From Acidobacteriota bacterium (GTDB lineage Bacteria; Acidobacteriota; UBA6911; RPQK01; JAJDTT01): a DNA stretch of 64,000 bases. The notes beneath the pieces were generated by a model, which made no database searches, had not been told where the DNA came from, and worked only from the letters and a program-made list of their open reading frames with translations. Numbering within the stretch: position 1 is the first letter of the stretch; every line of letters begins with the position of its first letter. The stretch covers positions 4,640,001 through 4,704,000 of the forward strand of contig CBDCJH010000002.1 in assembly GCA_965217775.1 (NCBI GenBank). Reading direction: 5' to 3'. Shown piece by piece: positions 1 through 8,873 of the stretch. The translations under genes were made by a program, and so were the position numbers.

Positions 1-221
1 TGGAGACAGTCACGGAAGAAACCAAAGAGGCGATCCCCAGCATAGACTTCGAGCGGATGGCGAGCACCTCCCAACCCAGCCTGGTCCAGGAGCTGCGGGA
101 CTTCCTGCGCTACAACAAGAAGTGGTGGCTCGCGCCCATTATTCCGGTTCTGCTGCTGGCGGGCTTGCTGGTGCTGCTGAGTCAGTCGGGCGCGGCGCCC
201 TTTGTCTACACGCTGTTTTAG
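1..221 (+). CDS. DUF5989/SxtK-like small membrane protein (5' partial)
   Basis: Frame 3 reads ...LRDFLRYNKKWWLAPIIPVLLLAGLLVLLSQSGAAPFVYTLF-TAG(219-221), the characteristic C-terminus of this family. Confidence 0.8.
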   Translation, partial: ETVTEETKEAIPSIDFERMASTSQPSLVQELRDFLRYNKKWWLAPIIPVLLLAGLLVLLSQSGAAPFVYTLF

Positions 222-372
222 GCCGGACAGTCGCGGATTCTGCCGGGAATTCCCCCACTGGCTTCGGTCCCGCATAGTCCCGGCAGAAAAGGGAGGCGTG
301 TGGGAGCGGGGGGTTGCAACTCTCGATTCGGGGACGGGGATGAGGAGGGGGGGAGGGACAGGAAAGTCCCCT

Positions 373-560
373 GTACCCTTTAGGGGACTTCACCCACGGT
401 GGGTGAAGAGGGCCATCCGGCCGGGAGCGACCCTAAAGTCCCCGCGCCTGAGAGCACCTGGAGGGGATTCGTGCCCCGGCCGGTAGCCGCGATGGAGAAC
501 CGGTGGAAAGTCAGCGTCCTAGAACAGCCAGTACAGGAACCGATCCGAATCGCGGCGGCC
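373..560 (+). ncRNA. Predicted bridge RNA of IS110 #1
   Basis: Hairpin 388-408. AAAGTCCCC (435-443) equals the left target; GGAGGGGA (460-467) is the reverse complement of core + right target; GTACAGG (531-537) is the reverse complement of the right donor. Confidence 0.65.
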
Positions 561-591
561 CAACATCCATTTAAGCACTCGGAGGGTCGGG

Positions 592-1839
592 ATGAAACAA
601 GATCAATGGTTTGTGGGGGTCGATTGGGCCTCCCGGTCGCACCAAGTCTGCGTGCTGGACGCGCAAGGCACTTGTCAGGGACAGCGCAGCTTCCCGCATA
701 GCGGTTCGGGCCTCGCCCAGATGGCCGACTGGATTCTCGAGCAGACGGGAACGAGTGCGGAGGCCGTCTCGGTGGCGATTGAAGTGATCAACGGTCCCGT
801 AGTGGAGTTCCTGATGGGTCGGCGTTTTGTCGTCTATACCATCAATCCGACACAGTTGGATCGGTTCCGCGACCGCTTCTCGCCGGCCGGAGCGAAGGAT
901 GACCGCCGCGATGCCCGGGTGCTGGCCGACGCCCTGAGAACCGACGGCAATCGCTTGCGACGGCTGGGTCCCGTCGACTCTGAGGTGATCGAGCTGCGCG
1001 AGTACTCACGACTGGCCGACCAGTTGATCCGCGAGCGGACCCGGCTGGTCAACCGTCTCCACGATCAACTCTGGCGCTACTATCCGCAGTTCCGGGACCT
1101 CAGCAAGAATCTCGCCGAGCCTTGGGTGATGGAAGTGTGGAAGCTGGCCCCGACGCCGGAGGATGCCCGGAAGCTGCGCCCGGTCCGCGTCGCCAAAGTG
1201 TTGAAACAACATCGGATCCGCCGAATCGACGCTCCCGAGGTCCTGCGTCTCTTGCGGGTGCCCTCCTTCCCCCTGGCCGCCGGCACCGTCCAGGCCGCCA
1301 AGGTTCACATCGCCAGCTTGGCGGAGCTCCTCGCTCTGGTCCAGCGCCAACTCCGTGACCTCTCTCGTGAGAGTGCGCGTCTGATCCGGGTTTTGGAGAA
1401 GCGGTTAGAGTCGGCGGCGGGGCCCCAGGGCCCGAGGCAGGACGTGGCGATCCTTGCCTCCCTGCCCGGGGTCGGCACCAGGGTTCTCGCCACACTACTC
1501 TCGGAAGCCTACGATGCGGTGCAACGAAGAGACTATGCCGCCTTGCGTTGTCTGTGCGGGGTCGCCCCCGTGACCCGGCGCTCCGGCAAACACACCCGCG
1601 TGGTGCGCCGCCAGGCGGTTCACCCTCGTCTGCGCGAGGCGGCCTATCATTGGGCCCGGGTATCCGCACAACACGACGCCACCAGCCGAGCCAAATACAA
1701 GGCCCTCAGGGAGCGCGGCCACGGCCATGCGCGGGCCCTGCGGTCCGTGGCTGACCGTCTGCTGGGGGTGGCCTGCACCATGTTGCGAAACCAGACGATG
1801 TTCGATGAGAATCATGCGAGACAGCGCCGTGCCGCTTGA
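592..1839 (+). CDS. IS110 family recombinase/transposase
   Basis: GVDWA, AIE and KDDRRD RuvC-like DEDD motifs; LPGVG; VTRRSG serine motif. Confidence 0.95.
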   Translation: MKQDQWFVGVDWASRSHQVCVLDAQGTCQGQRSFPHSGSGLAQMADWILEQTGTSAEAVSVAIEVINGPVVEFLMGRRFVVYTINPTQLDRFRDRFSPAGAKDDRRDARVLADALRTDGNRLRRLGPVDSEVIELREYSRLADQLIRERTRLVNRLHDQLWRYYPQFRDLSKNLAEPWVMEVWKLAPTPEDARKLRPVRVAKVLKQHRIRRIDAPEVLRLLRVPSFPLAAGTVQAAKVHIASLAELLALVQRQLRDLSRESARLIRVLEKRLESAAGPQGPRQDVAILASLPGVGTRVLATLLSEAYDAVQRRDYAALRCLCGVAPVTRRSGKHTRVVRRQAVHPRLREAAYHWARVSAQHDATSRAKYKALRERGHGHARALRSVADRLLGVACTMLRNQTMFDENHARQRRAA

Positions 1840-1957
1840 TGTAGATCCGGCCCGAGGTTCGCTCCAGGCTCCGCCGTGCGCGACCGCGCCTGGGGCTCGA
1901 GTGCGAGCCCGCCTTGGCGAGATCGGTCCGGATCCGGTTCCGTCCTGGGATCTAGCC

Positions 1958-4422
1958 CTGCCCTTTACCCACATATTGCACAGGGCACATTAGCCTGGGT
2001 CTGGTTTCATTCATGTTTCTTCTCGTAAAGCGAAGCCCAGACACATGCCGTAGAGCGTGACGTAGCCCTGCCACATCAGTTGATGCCCGGGTGGGGGGTC
2101 GTGTTTACGAGCCAGATATCCCCCCAGGCGGGCCAGCACGAGCACGGCCGCCCCCAGGTCTTCCGGCGGTGGGTATCGTCACGACGCGGCAAACGCCCCC
2201 AGGACCCGGATTTCCAGATCGGAAAACAGCAACTGCGCCGGCAGGTCCGGGTCCTCTCGCCCCAACAGCGTCATCAGCATGATCCGCCAAGCGATGACGG
2301 CGTGCATGGCGATGGCCCGTTTCAGACGTTCGGCGGTTTGGTGCTGGAGCTGTTGCACCCGGCATCCGGTCTTGAGCACCCGGAAATAATCCTCCACCCG
2401 CCAGCGCAGCGCATACCATCTCAGCAGTTGCTGCGCCGTCTCGACATCGGTCACGGGCATGGTGGTGAGCAGGAACCATTCCAGGCGCTTCCCGTCCGCC
2501 GGCGGCGCGACCTCCCGCGCGTGCACCACCGACAGTCTCAGCGAAGGGATGCCGGTTGGGTTCCCGCGCGGCGCCGGAATCGTCAGGGTCTCGTAGCGCA
2601 GTTCCATCCGTGCCACCCGCGCCAGCCGCCGCGGGCGGGCCGCCTGCTTGCTGGCCTTGATCCGCGCACTCTGACGCTTCACCTCCAGCAGCATCCGGGC
2701 CCGCACCGGCGCCGATCGCAGGCGCCCGAACAGCTTCCGCTTCTGCTCCGGGTCCGGATCCCCGCTTTTCCCGGCCGCCTTCGCCCGGGTCTTCCGCTTC
2801 AGCACCCGATCCTGCTTCGCACGCACCAGCAACTCCACCTCCGGAGACGCTCGTTGCTCGGCGAACAGTGCGAAAAAATCCGCCGCCCGGTCCACCACGC
2901 TGACCACCCGCACCCCCTCGAGGGACCGCGACACCTCGGCGCAGTCCCGAAGTCCCTCGATCCAGCGATACGTCTTCTTCTTTTTCCGCGTGGCCGCCGG
3001 TCCCGGCTTCGGCGCGTCCAGCTTCGCCCGCAACACCCCCAGCGGCAGCCCCGTCTCACTCACCACCAGCGTCGCGTGCAGATGCAGTCCCCGCGCCGTC
3101 GCTCCCGTCTGGTTGCGCCCGATCACCCCCAGTCCCTCACACCGGCCGTGCCGCGTGAAGTTCAGATCGCTCCCGTCCTGGATACACAGCACCGTCCGCT
3201 GCCCCTGCATCCGCTGTCGGGTCCGCTCCCGGTGCGGGGCCAGGATGTTGGACACCGTCACCGCCGAGGCTTCCGGCTGGTCGATCAGCCGGTAGTATCC
3301 CTTGACCGCCGCCGGATCGCCCCGCGCCACTCCCGTGAACGCCCGCCCCGGTTCCTGCGCCTGACGGTGCGCACTCTCCACCAGTCGCCGACTCAAGCGC
3401 CGGTCTCCCAGCGGCGCCCCGCCCAACTCCTGCTGCGCCCAGCCCTCTCCCTCCAGTCCCTCGCCCTCCGACATCGGTTCCACTCCCCGCCTCGGCGCCG
3501 GTCCCACCCCCAACCGCCGCCGCCAATCCCGGCACAACTCATACCCATAGATCGCCTTGCTCGTCTCCGCCGCCCGGTGCGCCCGATCTTGCCGGCCTCG
3601 ACCTTGCGTCTTCCCCAGAACCCTCCAGTTCGAGGCGCGCAAACTGGCCCCATCGTGGCGGGCCGTCTCCACGAAGGTCTCCACCAGCCAGGGCCGGTAG
3701 CCGTAGCGCGCCTGGAACTCCGGACCCAGCCGCCGCAACGCCTCCCCCAGCACCCGGGAGGCCAGATTACGACATCTCACCGACGGACGGATCAGAAACC
3801 GGCTCAGCCCCACCACCCGGTGCAGGTGCGCCCGGCGCTGTTCCTTATCCCATCCGATCCAGCGGTCCCGGTCCCGCAACCGCAACGCCGCCGCCCCGAA
3901 GCCCAAGCCCCCCAGCCAGCCGTGCGCCGAGTTCACCAGATAGCGTAACTGAGCACCCACCAACGGCCCCGCGCCCCGCGGATGCTCTCGCGCCATCAAC
4001 TCGTTCCAGAGCGCTCGCTGCGGACTCGTCTCCACCAGAATCAATTCCAGCTCCCGCACGCCGTCCACCGTCGCGGGCACTCCCACCGCCTCCGGCACCG
4101 CTCGGCCCAGTCCTCGGGGCCCGCAATGTTTCACCCGCCGTCGCGGCGTCGGCAGACGAATCCGTCCGCGCGCCTCCAACTCCCGCAGCGCCTTCAGGCA
4201 GCCGCTCCGTTGCGCCCGCCCTCGGGCATCGTGAAATCCAAACTCCGAGCAGACCCGGTCTGCCAGCGCCGTCCGGTGGGCGAACTTCTCCCGCCTCATC
4301 ACGGCGTGTAAACGATCCAACTCTCGGCTCAAGGTGCGCTTGATCTGGCTCTGAACTACCATGTCGTGGAGACTACGACAGGCAATCTTGTTTGTCCAGC
4401 ACTATTTGTGGGTATAGGGCAG
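1958..4422 (-). mobile_element. IS4-family insertion sequence
   Basis: TIRs CTGCCCTTTACCCACATAT (1958-1976) / ATTTGTGGGTATAGGGCAG (4404-4422), 17/19 match; TSD ATCTAGCC at 1950-1957 and 4423-4430. Confidence 0.9.
2011..4362 (-). pseudogene. IS4 (Tn5/IS50-like) transposase with N-terminal DUF4338 (DruA-like) domain; in-frame TGA at 2179-2181
   Basis: IQDGS, VDR and Y..RW.VE.YF..LK motifs. After the TGA the same frame continues ...LARLGGYLARKHDPPPGHQLMWQG (dimerisation domain) to a stop at 2011. N-terminus has RFLIRP..NLAS..LVETFV..ASNW of DUF4338. Confidence 0.85.
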
Positions 4423-4538
4423 ATCTAGCCGCCGCCGTCGAGCCGGTGGGAAAGTGGGAAACATTCCCATGTTTTCCACTTTCCCACCGGCTCCTGGCTC
4501 CTCCCGTGCCCCCTTGATAAAAGGTGGGAAGTCCCCTC

Positions 4539-5663
4539 CTATCCGGACTCGAGGATTCGCCGAACCGTCTCGGCCAGGCGGCGGGCTATCAGTTCATTGC
4601 CCCGATCCCCCGGGTGAACATTGTCCAGGAAGACATCCTCCTTCACCTCATCGAAAACCGTAGTCAGGTCGAGGAACGAAAGACCTTCCTCGCGCAGGCT
4701 CCCCACCCGGTCTCGAATCTCTTGCGAGGCGTGTTGGAAGTAGGCTTGACTCTGCCGGTTCAGACGAGCCGATTCCCGGGGACTCAACTCTTTTCCGGTG
4801 GTGTAGAGCGAGGGCTGAAGGACGAAGAGATAGGGAGAGTCCCTCATGCGGAGGGCCACCGTGGCCAGTTGAACATTCTTCGCCAGGCGTGCCGCCACCA
4901 GGGGAGGGTCCACGGGTCGATCTCCGATCTCCTGCACGTCGACGAGGCCCCCGCGGCCCAAGAGGCGAAGTGCGGAATCGTTCAGCGACCAGAACAAGTG
5001 ATCGTGGTAGGTCCTGAACCACATCACGTCTCGTCCCATCTGTCCCCAGTGCACGTCGTTGAGGCCGGAGAAAGAGATCACCAGGTCCGGCTGCCATTCG
5101 GAGAGACGGTTTTCGATGAGGATTCTCTCGTGGGTTGAAGCCCAGGCGGGATTGGCCAGGGTAAAGACCCGATACCGCGGCTCGGCCACACCGCGGTTGA
5201 GTTCCGCCTCGAGATATCCCCCGATGGTCCGATCTTGGGAAGGGGCTCCCGACCCGAAGGCCACGGAGCCTCCCGTGATAAAGATGCGCGCTACACCGGC
5301 TTGCTTCCGGGCAGGCAGCTCCCGGGTGGACCGAAACTGGCGGCGATTGATGGTGGCGTTGCCACTGGTTCCCGGTTGGGGACCGGTCCCCACGAAGGGA
5401 GTGGGGACGTTGGGGACGGCCCAGGTGAAGCCCTCCATTGCCTCCAGGGCAGCCTCCGGTTCATGGTAGGCTCGGGCCAGGTCCGGCCATTCCCCCGGGG
5501 GTATGAAACCACCCATGAGCTCCCTCCGCCAAGTCTCGCTCGCGGATCCCCGCAGGGACCGGATCTCCAGATAGGATCCGATCAGGATTCCTGTTCCCAG
5601 CAGGGCTGTTGTCAAGAGGGTCGCGGCCAGCGCCAGCACCAGTTTTATTCGGAGATCGCTCAC
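4539..5663 (-). CDS. SGNH/GDSL hydrolase family protein, membrane-anchored
   Basis: N-terminal TM, ITGGSVAFG block I, SGLND block III, DNVHP block V. Confidence 0.85.
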   Translation of the reverse strand: MSDLRIKLVLALAATLLTTALLGTGILIGSYLEIRSLRGSASETWRRELMGGFIPPGEWPDLARAYHEPEAALEAMEGFTWAVPNVPTPFVGTGPQPGTSGNATINRRQFRSTRELPARKQAGVARIFITGGSVAFGSGAPSQDRTIGGYLEAELNRGVAEPRYRVFTLANPAWASTHERILIENRLSEWQPDLVISFSGLNDVHWGQMGRDVMWFRTYHDHLFWSLNDSALRLLGRGGLVDVQEIGDRPVDPPLVAARLAKNVQLATVALRMRDSPYLFVLQPSLYTTGKELSPRESARLNRQSQAYFQHASQEIRDRVGSLREEGLSFLDLTTVFDEVKEDVFLDNVHPGDRGNELIARRLAETVRRILESG

Positions 5664-5824
5664 AGAGCAGGATTATGGAGCGAACCTGAGGCCGGTCACA
5701 AGGAGGGCGGGTTGGGTCGTTTCGTTATTACGTGAAGTGTCCGGGAGGAGTGAAAGCAGGTTTCCAGACAGCGAAACCGAACCTCCCCGAGTGATCTCGA
5801 AGGGGTGAATTCGGAAGATCTCAG

Positions 5825-6078
5825 TCTTGGCGGCAGGTCCGGCGGTCTTCCCCGTTGCTCGGGCGGGTCGGCTTCCGCATTACCCGTTTCGAGATCTGCT
5901 CAGCATTCACATGTTGCGGTCTGCGGACTCGCTGAGTCGCCCAAGTCGATCCTTTGACATCGGAGTGCCTCAATCCATATCGTTGCCTCCACGAACCGCT
6001 CCGACTGCTTCCGGCTGGAGCGACAGTTGCCGGGTGGGATTCGCACCCACTGAGAAACCGCGCCTTTGCACGGCGCTC
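5825..6078 (-). mobile_element. 5' fragment (domain I) of a group II intron, a different lineage from the full copies
   Basis: Minus strand begins GAGCGCCGTGCAAAGGCG..GGGTGCGAATCCCACCCGGCAACTGTCGCTCCAGCCGGAAGCA, a recognisable group II intron 5' end (GUGCG appears as GAGCG). No RT ORF follows; 3' limit approximate. Confidence 0.7.
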
Positions 6079-6107
6079 TGAGATATCCCGGCAAAGTCCG
6101 TAGTAGG

Positions 6108-6524
6108 ATGACACCCGTAACAGTGAAGGGCCTGAAACGATTGCTGGTCGGTATCGCTAGCGCCGGAACTATTTTCTGGGCCGTGATTCCCAGCCCCGAT
6201 TCGACGGAGGACCGGCAGAAAGAATGTTTTCGGCAGCGGATTGCTCGCCTTTCATATACCGCTGTTGAGCCGGACATGACGACGATTGAAGTCAGGCCGC
6301 CGGAATGGGTCGACATCACATTCAAGGGCGAGACGGCCCGCATTCTCGACCTCAACAAAGAGAGCGCCCGCCGCGCCGCCTCCGTCGGGCTTCGCATGTG
6401 GCGCGACTGTGCCTATCTGACGCGCTATAAGCCGATCATTCGCGGCATGAAGCTCTACAACGATCGCGGTGACATACTCACCAGCTTTCACACCGGCTCG
6501 CAGGGCCGGATCAACAGCCGGTGA
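6108..6524 (+). CDS. Hypothetical exported protein
   Basis: ATG 6108 after AGG, hydrophobic N-terminal segment, normal composition. Confidence 0.6.
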   Translation: MTPVTVKGLKRLLVGIASAGTIFWAVIPSPDSTEDRQKECFRQRIARLSYTAVEPDMTTIEVRPPEWVDITFKGETARILDLNKESARRAASVGLRMWRDCAYLTRYKPIIRGMKLYNDRGDILTSFHTGSQGRINSR

Positions 6525-6775
6525 CCCTCCGATGGAAGCAAGACCGCTCACACAGTAGAACGGGGTCCGGTTTCCCCTTCCGTTGACTATCCTGCCTCAT
6601 CCGGCCCCTGGCGCTTTCGCGCCGATTCCCTCCTCCAGGGCCGATTTCGTCTGGTCCTGAGAAAAAAGAAGGGGACTATATAGCGAGAGAGCGAATATCG
6701 GCCCTATGCGGGCCTGTTGGCGTTTGGGCCGGTGTGTTGGGAGGAGAGCGAGTCGCTTAGGGCAAGCCAACCTAG

Positions 6776-6933
6776 CAGCCCGTGGCAAAAGTCATCACGG
6801 CATTCGACCGTCCCTGCATCCCGGCGGACGGCGTTGCTATCGGCTCACATACTCCCGGTATGCACCCGAATCGCGCCTTGTCCGGCGGGCGCAGGAACGG
6901 TCTCGGTGCTCGCGGGACTTTCACCACGGACTG
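6776..6933 (+). mobile_element. MITE family A, copy 1 (158 bp)
   Basis: TIR CAGCCCGTGGCAAAAGTC / GACTTTCACCACGGACTG; TSD CTAG; four near-identical copies in the window. Confidence 0.9.
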
Positions 6934-6937
6934 CTAG

Positions 6938-7065
6938 CCCGCATTTCTCACCAGGTCGCTACGCGTATGATGAAAAATAATCTGTTTTTGAGCATTTACG
7001 CGGAATTTTCCAAGGTTTCTCCGGGACAGACTGCGCTGGGCGCGCGCGCTGATGAGAAATCCGGG
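6938..7065. mobile_element. MITE family B (128 bp)
   Basis: TIR CCCGCATTTCTCA / TGAGAAATCCGGG, flanked by CTAG at 6934-6937 and 7066-7069. Confidence 0.75.
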
Positions 7066-7321
7066 CTAGCTGTTGCGGGGACTGAGGATCAGGATTGCCT
7101 TCGACAACGAACATGCAGTTTCCATTATTCGTTTTCAGCCGCTCGTGACACGGGGCCTTGACGTCATCGCACGATGGATCCTGGATTATGCGGGGCCTGC
7201 GGCTGCCGATCGGTCGCTTTCCGAGATCGAAAGGACGATCACGAGCCGGGCACAAACCCCACACAGGGGATCGATCCGCAATGAAATGGCGACCGGGTTG
7301 CAAGCAATCGGGCTTATATAC

Positions 7322-8659
7322 CTAAGTGCCCTTGGCATACAGTTCTGGCACCACGCTTTCCCCAACGAGATACGTTCCGGTGCCCAGGGCAAGAACCCCA
7401 GCCCTGAGAATGTTCAGGGCGGCATTGTGGTCCCTGTCCATTCCAAGTCCGCAGGCCCTGCACCGGAAGGTTTCGCTCCGCCCTGGATCGTGGCGGGCGC
7501 CGCACCGGTGGCAGTCCTGCGATGTATATCAGCCCGTGGCAAAAGTCGTCACGGCATTCGACCGTCCCTGCATCCCGGCGGACTGCGTTGCGATTCGGGC
7601 ACATACTCCCGGTATGCACCCGAATCGCGCCTTGTCCGGCGGGCGCAGGAACGGTCTCGGTGCTCGCGCGACTTTCACCACGGACTGATATGCGGGATTC
7701 ACTTCTACGAACTTCCGACCGGCCCATTCTGCCTTGTACTGGATTTGATTCCGCAGAAGCCCCCAGGATTGCGTCAGTATTTCTCGATTCAGCCCCTTCT
7801 TCTTCGAGCCCTTCGTTACCATCCCTTGGATGTTCAGCTTCTCCACAGCGATCAGACCGTGCTCACGAATGATCCTGGTGGAGAGACGATGGCAGGCATT
7901 ACGGTTTCGGACCGATTCCCGGTGACGGAGCCGAGATAGCTGTACGATCCGCTTCCGTCTGGTCTTGGAAATCTTCTTGCACCTGGAGACCTTTCTCTGC
8001 TGCTTTCGGATCCCCGCCCAGTCCCGTCTATTCCGTTCGATCCTCTCACCCGTGGACAGCACCGCTCGCTGGCGGACTCCCAGGTCGATCCCCACCGAAG
8101 ACTCGCATTTCGGTAGCGGCGGCTTCTCCACCTCGTACGTCAGGTCCACATACACCCGGTTCGGCTTGCGGACAATCCGCAACGCCTTCAACGGGCATCC
8201 GTCCGGCAACGGCCGGGACGGAAATATCCGGATCGTCGGGAAGCCCTTGGGCCGGATGGCGTAGCCCCGAGCGCGCTTCTTCACCCGGGTCGCCTTGGGG
8301 TCGACGACGTCGATGGTCTCCATCCTCGCAATGGGCCGGAATCGAGGATACCCCGGCTTCTCCCCCGCCTTGCAGCGACGGAAGAACGCCTTGAAGGCCC
8401 GGTCCAACCACATCAACATCCCACGCTCCGCCTTGACCGCCACCGACCCGAGCCCCTCCGGATCGTCCTTCCTCTGGGAGGTCAACCCCTTCATCTGATC
8501 GTACAGGGTCACGCCGCGTTGCTCGGATTCCCAGGCCGTCCTGCGTTCCTCCAGTGCAGCGTTGTACAGCCGATTCAGGATGGACCTCACCCCGTCCAAC
8601 CGCCGGATTCCACCCTTGGACAGCTTGGCTCTGCACTGGATAGTTGCGTGGACTTTCAT
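7322..8659 (-). pseudogene. tnpB: RNA-guided endonuclease TnpB, interrupted by MITE A
   Basis: YNAALEER, GYPRF, GIDLG (RuvC-I), AVEKL (RuvC-II). Removing the MITE and one TSD restores PAYTSQDCHRCG...CRAC...DRDHNAALNI (Zn finger + RuvC-III), 391 aa. Confidence 0.93.
7530..7687 (+). mobile_element. MITE family A, copy 2 (inside tnpB)
   Basis: Same TIRs; TSD ATAT at 7526-7529 and 7688-7691. Confidence 0.92.
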
Positions 8660-8873
8660 GGTAGGAATCGTAACCCATCAGCCTGAATTCTCGGCACTTA
8701 CGTATATAATCCCCCAAGCAATCCCCGGCGGTCGAAAAGCCGTCGTCGCCTTTGCCGTCGACGACGACGCGGGCGAGTTTCTCAGTCATGCCGGGGCCGA
8801 TTGGGTGGCGCAGATGCCTGGAAGGCAAGATGTCGAGGGAGAGAGGGGGGCGGGGCATCTTTTGGGGATTAAG

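Larger units (their letters stand above)
372..4537 (+). mobile_element. IS110-family element #1, with an IS4 nested in its right end
   Basis: Both junctions share AAGTCCCCT (364-372 and 4529-4537). Removal restores a REP-like GGGACAGGAAAGTCCCCTCCT site. Non-coding left end, DEDD recombinase, right-end palindrome at 4440-4493 and TTGATA at 4514. Confidence 0.75.
7309..8714 (-). mobile_element. Non-autonomous TIR-bounded cassette carrying only tnpB (IS1595-like ends)
   Basis: Ends CGGGCTTATATACCTAAGTGCC (7309-7330) and GGCACTTACGTATATAATCCCC (8693-8714), 19/22 inverted match; direct repeat CAAGCAAT at 7301-7308 and 8715-8722. Confidence 0.85.
7113..8830 (+). pseudogene. RelE/ParE-family toxin gene split by the tnpB cassette
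   Basis: IRFQPLVTRGLDVIARWILDYAG...TPHRGSIRNEMATGLQAI joins PGGRKAVVAFAVDDDAGE after removing the insert and one TSD; the start region looks frameshifted. Confidence 0.65.

Noticed and set aside
3500-4362. Druantia anti-phage system
   Set aside because: Only a DUF4338 domain fused to a transposase inside IS ends; no DruE helicase or partner genes
4514-4537. Confident junction promoter for IS110 #1
   Set aside because: TTGATA to TACCCT spacing would be 19 bp on the circle; plausible but not convincing
1-5663. Saxitoxin cluster (sxtK-like + GDSL)
   Set aside because: These families are widespread; the genes are convergent and no sxtA/core genes are visible
7529-8659. Cas12f/type V CRISPR effector, or an intact 376-aa TnpB
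   Set aside because: No array nearby; the last ~53 aa of the called ORF are MITE-derived and the true C-terminus lies beyond the MITE
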